From Candidatus Krumholzibacteriota bacterium (GTDB lineage Bacteria > Krumholzibacteriota > Krumholzibacteriia > LZORAL124-64-63), in the NCBI GenBank assembly GCA_039714075.1, contig JBDLKA010000103.1, positions 1-11,896 on the forward strand: a stretch of DNA of 11,896 bases, in the 5' to 3' direction. Of this stretch, positions 1-6,569 are shown piece by piece. Every line of letters begins with the position of its first letter. The stretch's first letter is position 1. Made by a program: the position numbers and the translations under genes. Under the pieces are notes generated by a model that worked only from the letters and a program-made list of their open reading frames with translations, did no database searches and had not been told where the DNA came from.

Positions 1-153
1 GATGGTGTCGGCTCCGGCCTTGGCGAAAGTCGGATTCCCACCATGGATCACACCGCCGCCGCGGGAATACCGGGGCAGGTCCCCGGCCTGAACCGAAATT
101 GCCAAAAGCAGACCGGCCGTCAATACATAGCCGAACATTCGAAAAATATTCAT
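1..153 (-). CDS. Copy E (runs off the window's left edge; N-terminal 51 aa only): secreted protein paralogous to A-D
   Basis: Manual translation from the ATG at 153 gives MNIFRMFGYVLTAGLLLAISVQAGDLPRYSRGGGVIHGGNPTFAKAGADTI, open to base 1. It aligns without gaps to the N-terminus of D (MKFLKMFACVLTVCILAAISVQADELPRYSRGGGVIHGGNPAFTKAGADTV). GGAG lies 6 nt upstream; an alternative in-frame ATG at 159 abuts the GGAG. Signal-peptide-like segment ending VQA|GD. Confidence 0.93.
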   Translation of the reverse strand, partial: MNIFRMFGYVLTAGLLLAISVQAGDLPRYSRGGGVIHGGNPTFAKAGADTI

Positions 154-183
154 GGCCATCTCCACTTTGGGAACATCGAAAAA

Positions 184-3100
184 CTATTTCAACAAAGTCG
201 CCTTTCCGATCCGGACATCACCATGGGCGCGAGCTTCATAGAAATACACCCCGCTGGCAACCGATGAACCCAGGTTGTCGCTGCCGTCCCAGACAACGGT
301 CTGATCCGCGCCTGCGGGCCTTGGCCCGTCGATCAGGGTTTTCACCAGCTGGCCGCGCACGTTGTACAGACTCAGCTTCAGATGTCCGGCCGTGGGCAGG
401 GAGTAAGTTATCGTCGTGCTTGGATTGAAGGGATTCGGGAAATTTTGGACCGCGAAAGGGGCGCCGGGCAAGACCGGGCTCAAGGGATCCTGGAAATATG
501 CATCAGCCAGGTATCCCATGATGTCCCGCAAAAGATAGGCGCGAGTCCCACGAAGACCACTCGTATTATCGGGATCACTGTAGACAAACATCAGGTCATG
601 GGGCAGCGAGATGATCCGGCTCTCGTCCGGGCCCGGATTCCGGATATTGAGAGTGGCGGCCGAAAATCCGTACTGGCCGCCAAGGCCGGCGGGATCCAGG
701 AATTCCGCGAGGCGTTGACCAGTACCGACCACATTCACTCCGTCAAAGGTGTTGATGTCAGGGCAGCCACCATAGGCGACCCAGGTCTGAACAAAACCAC
801 CAATAACCGGGTTGCCGGGAAGGGCCATGACCAGAGGGGTCGCCTGGTTGTTTATGAGGGGGCGTATATCGTCCGTCACAACAGTCACGCCCAGGTAGTT
901 CTGCAGGAGGTCCAGATTCTCCGGTCCGGTCCCCGCCAAATCGCTGGCCAGGCCGTCGCCGGTCAGGAACATGCCCTTGCCGCCCTGGTCGAGCCAGGTT
1001 TTCAGGGTGCCGACATCATCCCCGGGGTCCTGATTGTAGTCCCCGTTGGAAATGGTGCTGTAACCCAGATCCCCCGATGTGTATATGATCTCGGTATAGT
1101 CGGCGAGGGTCTGATCCGTCGCCCGGCCCCCGATGCCGTTACCCACGCCCGAACTGGGTTGGTTGACGTAATAGGTATCCATACCCTGGCCCACAACCAA
1201 ACCCATATGGCCCAACGCGGTGTACCACTTGTTTTCCCCGCCTCCGTTGGCGAAGTCGTTGACGAACAGGATTTCCGGTTGCCAGTAAATTCCCCCGCCA
1301 GAGCTGCGGATGCTCGGCAAGGCGCGGACGGTGAAAGATGGGTCGTACCCCAGGGGGTCGTCGAAGCCGGTGCTGAAACCCGTGGTATCCGGGGGCAGGA
1401 GCGCGGTCTGGGGGTCGGATCCCCCCGGCCCGCCGATGGCGTCGGTGCCTTCGATGAAATAGTGCAGGACATCGCCGGGAAACATGAAGCCGGTGTCCGG
1501 AAAATCGAAACGCCACGAATCGGTCCACTGGGATTTCGCGATACTGATGGCCGCTGTTCCAACCAGGAAACCCGAGGTTGGAATCCCCGTCCGATAGGGA
1601 TCAAACAGGGGGTTGGCATCCAGGTTGTAATACAATCTGGGGTTCCTATCCAGATATGCTCCGACCCTCACGGGTTTGACCTTCACGACAACGGAATCCC
1701 CGGGGTCATTTCGCATATGCACGGCCAGGGAAATATTATTGGCCATGTCGAACCGGACGTGGTTCGAACCCAGATCACTCAAGTCAATCGTTCCCTGCTC
1801 GGGAAAATTATCCTGCGCCAGATCCATTTCCCGGGCGGAAATGGCCGGACCATGAACGGGGAACACCTTGAACGTCACGTTGTCGAAGTAGGGTGCCGGG
1901 TACCCGTCGTCACCGTGCCAGTGCCATATCCAACCCAGTTCGTAGACGGTCAACTGCACCTGGACCTCGTCGCGGCCGGGGTTCATCAGGTCCGTCACAT
2001 CGTCACCGTCCCTGCGGTATTCGGGACCTCCGTAGTAGACGTAATTCCGATCCTGCCAGAGTTGCCTGGCCAGGATCTGGACGCCGTTGCCGGCCGAGCC
2101 GTCGGTATCGGCGGAACGGACACCCCACGTGTAGAAGGTGCCCGGGGCGTCGGCCGTCAGATCCTCGTGGACATAGACGTCAAAAGCGAGAATGGCCCCG
2201 TCGTAGACTGCCGCCCCTGCGTCTTTCGGGGCGGGCCATGCCATGACCGGCGATTCGATGGCGTTGTGGATGTGTTCGTCCGGCCCGGCCAGTCCTCCGG
2301 TGGTGGTCACGATGTAGCCGTATGGCCCGTAGCACCAGTTGATGCAATCACTGCCGCCGGTACCGGGCACGACGATGTCGTCGTCAATGAAGGCCACCTG
2401 GGGGTCGTAGCTCGTGGCGCAGGGGTCTGCGTCTTCCAGGCCGGTCCAGATCCGGGCGAAATCCCCCACCCCGGAATGAAGTACCGTGTGCCAGATTCCC
2501 AGGTCCGCGGGATCGCCCCCGTGTTCAAAATCCTCGAAGTAATCGGCGACGAAGGCCCCGTTTTCGAGGTGGACGTTGATGTCGTCCAACTGGCAGGCGC
2601 CGGCTGTCGGGAAGAAGCAATCCTCATCCGACCAGATTCTATCCGATCTGAAGCGGAAGTAGAGCGCGATGTCCGTTCCGTCCAGGTAATCCCCTGGCAG
2701 GTAGGTGACCGAATCGCTGACCGCAACGGTGCCCGCGCCGTCCCACACCTGCAGATCGGTATAGAACTCGTTCTCGAAGCCGTAGCTCAGGTAGACGTAG
2801 TCGTAGGCGACCTCCGTATCGTGGATCAAGGTGGCCGTCACACCCACCCGGGAACTGGTCCCCGGGTTGGGAACGGTCTGGCGGAACTCGAGAATCTCGT
2901 ACCAATGGTTGCCGTACCCGCCCGTGGCGTCGGCAGAGTCGCAGGCGGCGAAAGCGATGTCGCCACACCAGGCGGCATGGTTGCCGGGATCGGCCTGGTT
3001 GTAGTTGCTCACGTGCCAGTGGGTTTCGGTCTTCATGGTCAGATCGTTGTGGGTCCAACCGTTCCAGGCGGGATAGCCGGAGGCATCCTCGAAGTCCCCA

Positions 3101-3327
3101 TCGTAATAGGGTTCCAGGCCGCCGTCGCGGGGATCGGTGTTGTTGGTCGGGTCGTCGGAGGCGGCCATCAGGTTGACGGTGTCGGCCCCGGCCTTGGTGA
3201 AAGCGGGGTTTCCGCCGTGGATCACGCCACCGCCGCGGGAATAGCGGGGAAGTTCGTCGGCCTGGACCGAAATTGCCGCAAGGATACAAACCGTCAATAC
3301 ACAGGCGAACATCTTCAAGAATTTCAT
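184..3327 (-). CDS. Copy D: about 1047 aa secreted multidomain protein with C-terminal FlgD-Ig / T9SS-type-A-like sorting domain; function unknown
   Basis: ORF 184..3333 in the track. Start moved to the ATG at 3327 because TAAGGGAG-ATGATC-ATG aligns exactly with TAAGGGGG-CAGATC-ATG of B and TAAGGGGG-GCCGTC-ATG of C, and the ATG at 3333 directly abuts the SD. Signal peptide ...AAISVQA|DE. C-terminus NFPNPFNPSTTITYSLP...YNVRGQLVKTL...WDGSD...SGVYFYEAR...GKATLLK. Colinear with B and C over the full length. Confidence 0.93.
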   Translation of the reverse strand: MKFLKMFACVLTVCILAAISVQADELPRYSRGGGVIHGGNPAFTKAGADTVNLMAASDDPTNNTDPRDGGLEPYYDGDFEDASGYPAWNGWTHNDLTMKTETHWHVSNYNQADPGNHAAWCGDIAFAACDSADATGGYGNHWYEILEFRQTVPNPGTSSRVGVTATLIHDTEVAYDYVYLSYGFENEFYTDLQVWDGAGTVAVSDSVTYLPGDYLDGTDIALYFRFRSDRIWSDEDCFFPTAGACQLDDINVHLENGAFVADYFEDFEHGGDPADLGIWHTVLHSGVGDFARIWTGLEDADPCATSYDPQVAFIDDDIVVPGTGGSDCINWCYGPYGYIVTTTGGLAGPDEHIHNAIESPVMAWPAPKDAGAAVYDGAILAFDVYVHEDLTADAPGTFYTWGVRSADTDGSAGNGVQILARQLWQDRNYVYYGGPEYRRDGDDVTDLMNPGRDEVQVQLTVYELGWIWHWHGDDGYPAPYFDNVTFKVFPVHGPAISAREMDLAQDNFPEQGTIDLSDLGSNHVRFDMANNISLAVHMRNDPGDSVVVKVKPVRVGAYLDRNPRLYYNLDANPLFDPYRTGIPTSGFLVGTAAISIAKSQWTDSWRFDFPDTGFMFPGDVLHYFIEGTDAIGGPGGSDPQTALLPPDTTGFSTGFDDPLGYDPSFTVRALPSIRSSGGGIYWQPEILFVNDFANGGGENKWYTALGHMGLVVGQGMDTYYVNQPSSGVGNGIGGRATDQTLADYTEIIYTSGDLGYSTISNGDYNQDPGDDVGTLKTWLDQGGKGMFLTGDGLASDLAGTGPENLDLLQNYLGVTVVTDDIRPLINNQATPLVMALPGNPVIGGFVQTWVAYGGCPDINTFDGVNVVGTGQRLAEFLDPAGLGGQYGFSAATLNIRNPGPDESRIISLPHDLMFVYSDPDNTSGLRGTRAYLLRDIMGYLADAYFQDPLSPVLPGAPFAVQNFPNPFNPSTTITYSLPTAGHLKLSLYNVRGQLVKTLIDGPRPAGADQTVVWDGSDNLGSSVASGVYFYEARAHGDVRIGKATLLK

Positions 3328-3356
3328 GATCATCTCCCTTAGGGGGCTTCGGGAAA

Positions 3357-6300
3357 CTATTTAAGTAAGGTCATCTTTCCTATCAGGACATCTCCCATGG
3401 CGCGGGCTTCGTAGAAGTAGATCCCGCTGGCGACCGAGGAGCCCAGGTTGTCGCTGCCGTCCCAGACGATGGTCTGGTCCACGCCAGCCGGGCGCGGGCC
3501 GTCGATCAGGGTTTTTATCAGCTGGCCGCGCACGTTGTAGATGCTCAGCCTCAAATGTCCGGCCCGGGGCAGCGAGTAATTGATCGTCGTGCTCGGGTTG
3601 AAGGGGTTGGGATAGTTGCTGGTCATGAACGTGACAGCCGACGGGGCCGGAGACGGTCCGGTGGGATCACCCGCAAGGCCAAGGTAAAGCAGAACGTCAC
3701 GTAGCACCTTGGCCCGCGCGGGGAGGTAATCCCCCGCCATTCCCGGGTCAGTGTAAATGTTCATCAGATCGTAGGGCATCGAAATGACGCGACTGGTGCC
3801 GGCCAATCCCGCAGTGGGATTCAGGGACGCCGCCGAGTAGATGTACGCACCGGTGGCACCGGAAGGATCACGGAACTCGGCGAGACGCTCGGTGCCGGCC
3901 CTGACATCGACGGCATCAAAAGTGCTGACACCGGGACATCCGCCATGGGCAATCCAGCTTGTGTTCCCGGGGTTGAATACCAAGTTGCCGGCCATGGTGG
4001 CGACGAACGGGGAAGCCTGGTTGCCGATGTGAGGACGAAGGTCGTTCGTCGAGACATTGACTCCCAGGTAGTCCTCGGCCAGGGCCCTGGTTGCCGCACC
4101 GGCCTGCATGAGGTCGGTAACCAGTTCGTCACCGGTCAGGAACATGCCCTTCACGCCGATGTCGAGCCAACCGGTCAAGGTCCCCACGTCATCGCCGGCG
4201 TCGTTGTTGAAATCACCGTTGGCGATCGTGTTCACGCCCAGATCGCCCGATGTGTAAATGATCTGCTGGTAACCCTGAAGGAGCAAAGAATTGGCCCGTC
4301 CCCCGATGCCGTTTCCAACCCCCGAACTGGGACCGTTGACGTAGTAGATATCGAATTTATCACCGAAATAAATCGCAAGGTTACGCATAGCTGAATACCA
4401 TTTATTCTCCCCCCCTCGGTTGGCGAAATCGTTGATGAACAGCAGAGAGGGATGCGAGTTGTCGGCCTTGATCGTCGGGAGCGCGTGAACCACGAACGTG
4501 GAGTTGTAACCCATGGGATCGTGGAACACCCCGTAACCGGCGAGGTCGGCGGGCAGGGTGGACGTCTGCGGGTCGGTGCCGCCCACACCGCCGATGGCGT
4601 CGGTCGCGGAGATGTAGTAATGCAGCACGTCGCCCGGGAACAGGAAACCCGTGTCGGGCAGGTCGAAGGCCCACTGCTGGGAAGCAGGGAAGCCGCCGGA
4701 CACGGCCGGCTGACCCGGGACCAAACCGACGGCAGGCAAGCCGGATGTCCGGTAGGGATCGAAGACCGGGTTGCGGTCCATGGTGTAATGCAACTGGGGA
4801 TCGCCGTCGAGCCCGGCGCCCGAACGGACGGGAACAATGGTGGCGTATATCGAATCCCCGGGGTCGTTGTTCAGGTGCGAGGCTGGGGAGATATTGCGGG
4901 CCATGTCGAACCGCACGCTGTGCGAACCCAGGTCGCCATAGTCGATGGTTCCCCGTGCGGGGAAGTTGTCCTGGGCCAGATCGATCTCGCGGGCCGTCAT
5001 GCCCGGACCATGGTACGGAAAGACCTTGACGGTCACGTTGTCGAAGTAGGGCGCCGGGTAGCCGTCGTTGCCGGTCCAGTACCAGACCCAGCCCAGTTCG
5101 TAGACCGTCAACTGCACCTGGACCTGGTCGCGGCCCGGATTCATCAGGTCGGTAACGTCGCCTCCTCCGCGGGAGTAGCTGGGACCCCCGTAGATGACGA
5201 AGTGGCGATCACCCCAGGGCTGCTCGGTAATGTCCTGAATACCGTTCCCGGCGGAATTGTCCGTATCCGCCGAACGGACGCCCCAGGTATAGAACATGCC
5301 GGGAGAATCAGCGGTCAGATCCTCGTGTACGAAGACCCCGTAGGAAAAGATGATACCGTCGTCATCGGGACCGACCCCGCTCTTGGGGGCGGGCCAATCC
5401 ATCACCGGCGATTCGATGGCATTCTGGAGATGCTGATCATATCCTGCCAACCCGCCGGTCGTATTGACGATGTAACCACCCGGGCCGTAGCACCAATTGA
5501 TGCAATGGCTGCCCCCGGTTCCCGGCACCACGACGCCGTCGTCGATGAAGGCGACCTGCGGGGTGGTGTTTTCAACGCAGGGATCTATATCACCAAGACC
5601 CGTCCAGATCTTGGCGAAATCCCCGACACCGGCAGGTAGAACGACGTTCCAGATGCCGAAATCATCGGGAACCCCGCCGTGTTCGAAATCCTCGAAGTAG
5701 TCTTCGACAAAGGGGCCGTTGACCAGGTGCACATTGATGTCGTCCACCTGGCAGGCGCCGGCGGTCGGCCAGCTGCAATCCTCGTCGGACCAGCCGCTGT
5801 CGGACTCGAAGCGGAAGTACACCGCGATGTCCGTGCCGGCAAAGTACTCGGTGGGCTGGTAAGTGACGGAATTCGACACGGCCACGGTGCCTTCGCCGTC
5901 CCAGCTCTGCATGTCGGCCATGAGCTGGCCCTGGTACAGGTAACTCAGGTAGGTGTAGTCGTACCCCACCTCCGTGTCGTGGATCAGGGTGGCGGTAATG
6001 GTTACCGTGGAACTCATTCCGGGATAGAGCACGCTCTGGCGGAACTCGATGGACTCGTTCCAATTGTTGCCGTACCCCCCCAAGGTGTCGGCGGCGCCAC
6101 AGGACGGAATGTTGATGTCGCCACACCACGCCGCATGGTTGCCGGGATCGGGTTGGTTGTAATTGCTGACGTTCCACCAACTCATGGTCGGCGCGGTAAT
6201 GTCGTAGTGGGTCCACCCGTTCCAGGCGGGATTGCCGACCGCATCCTCGAAATCGCCGAAATAGAATGGTTCGCCGGGTTCGTTGGTCGGGTCGTTGCGG

Positions 6301-6473
6301 GCAGCCATCAGGTTGACGGTGTCGCCCCCGGCCTTGGCGAAACCCGCGCTGCCGCCGTGAATGACATCACCACCCAGGGAATAACTGGGCAACTCCCCGG
6401 CACGGGCAAAAGAAACGGAAATGGCGATCAGCAGGAGAACAAGATACGAGCGAGCGAAAATACGGCATGGCAT
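3357..6473 (-). CDS. Copy C: 1038 aa secreted multidomain protein with C-terminal FlgD-Ig / T9SS-type-A-like sorting domain; function unknown
   Basis: Long ORF with SD-like TAAGGGGG 6 nt before the ATG. Signal peptide MPCRIFARSYLVLLLIAISVSFARA|GE. C-terminus NYPNPFNPSTTINYSLP...SGIYFYEAR...GKMTLLK. Full-length paralogy with B and D. Confidence 0.94.
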   Translation of the reverse strand: MPCRIFARSYLVLLLIAISVSFARAGELPSYSLGGDVIHGGSAGFAKAGGDTVNLMAARNDPTNEPGEPFYFGDFEDAVGNPAWNGWTHYDITAPTMSWWNVSNYNQPDPGNHAAWCGDINIPSCGAADTLGGYGNNWNESIEFRQSVLYPGMSSTVTITATLIHDTEVGYDYTYLSYLYQGQLMADMQSWDGEGTVAVSNSVTYQPTEYFAGTDIAVYFRFESDSGWSDEDCSWPTAGACQVDDINVHLVNGPFVEDYFEDFEHGGVPDDFGIWNVVLPAGVGDFAKIWTGLGDIDPCVENTTPQVAFIDDGVVVPGTGGSHCINWCYGPGGYIVNTTGGLAGYDQHLQNAIESPVMDWPAPKSGVGPDDDGIIFSYGVFVHEDLTADSPGMFYTWGVRSADTDNSAGNGIQDITEQPWGDRHFVIYGGPSYSRGGGDVTDLMNPGRDQVQVQLTVYELGWVWYWTGNDGYPAPYFDNVTVKVFPYHGPGMTAREIDLAQDNFPARGTIDYGDLGSHSVRFDMARNISPASHLNNDPGDSIYATIVPVRSGAGLDGDPQLHYTMDRNPVFDPYRTSGLPAVGLVPGQPAVSGGFPASQQWAFDLPDTGFLFPGDVLHYYISATDAIGGVGGTDPQTSTLPADLAGYGVFHDPMGYNSTFVVHALPTIKADNSHPSLLFINDFANRGGENKWYSAMRNLAIYFGDKFDIYYVNGPSSGVGNGIGGRANSLLLQGYQQIIYTSGDLGVNTIANGDFNNDAGDDVGTLTGWLDIGVKGMFLTGDELVTDLMQAGAATRALAEDYLGVNVSTNDLRPHIGNQASPFVATMAGNLVFNPGNTSWIAHGGCPGVSTFDAVDVRAGTERLAEFRDPSGATGAYIYSAASLNPTAGLAGTSRVISMPYDLMNIYTDPGMAGDYLPARAKVLRDVLLYLGLAGDPTGPSPAPSAVTFMTSNYPNPFNPSTTINYSLPRAGHLRLSIYNVRGQLIKTLIDGPRPAGVDQTIVWDGSDNLGSSVASGIYFYEARAMGDVLIGKMTLLK

Positions 6474-6479
6474 GACGGC

Positions 6480-6487
6480 CCCCCTTA
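6480..6487 (-). promoter_or_regulatory. Ribosome-binding site of copy C (homologous sites at 9687-9694 for B, 3334-3341 for D, 160-167 for E)
   Basis: TAAGGGGG, TAAGGGGG, TAAGGGAG and AAGTGGAG each end 6 nt before the ATG that begins the signal peptide. Confidence 0.7.
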
Positions 6488-6531
6488 GGCGATCAGGAAA
6501 CCCATTTTAAAATGGCGAACAGGTCAGTCTG

Positions 6532-6560
6532 AAACTACGGAATGTTGTAATCAACATCAA
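6532..6560 (-). promoter_or_regulatory. Candidate sigma70-type promoter for copy C (and probably D and E)
   Basis: Minus strand TTGATG (6560-6555) - 17 nt - TAGTTT (6537-6532). The same geometry recurs upstream of B. Prediction from the motif only. Confidence 0.55.
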
Positions 6561-6569
6561 GTTAGCCCT

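Noticed and set aside
187..460. Annotation as flagellar hook-capping gene flgD
   Set aside because: Only the terminal Ig-like domain is FlgD-related. The proteins are about 1040 aa Sec substrates with no flagellar context.
2150..2290. Possible zinc-metallopeptidase site (HEDL, EHIHN)
   Set aside because: There is no HExxH. HEDL[TS] lacks the second His, and EHIHN becomes QHLQN in C.
3280..3327. Lipoprotein signal in D (two Cys in the signal peptide)
   Set aside because: LTVC and MFAC are poor lipoboxes, the Cys are absent from the close paralog E, and a VQA|D signal peptidase I site is conserved.
382..3342. 986-aa plus-strand ORF antisense to D, and similar long antisense ORFs at 4452-5639, 5679-6488, 6768-8483, 8535-9638 and 10028-10945
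   Set aside because: They are codon-in-register shadows of the real genes. High GC3 makes TTA/CTA/TCA codons rare, so antisense stops are rare. The equivalent frame is broken at different places in the other copies, and the translations show no recognisable motifs.
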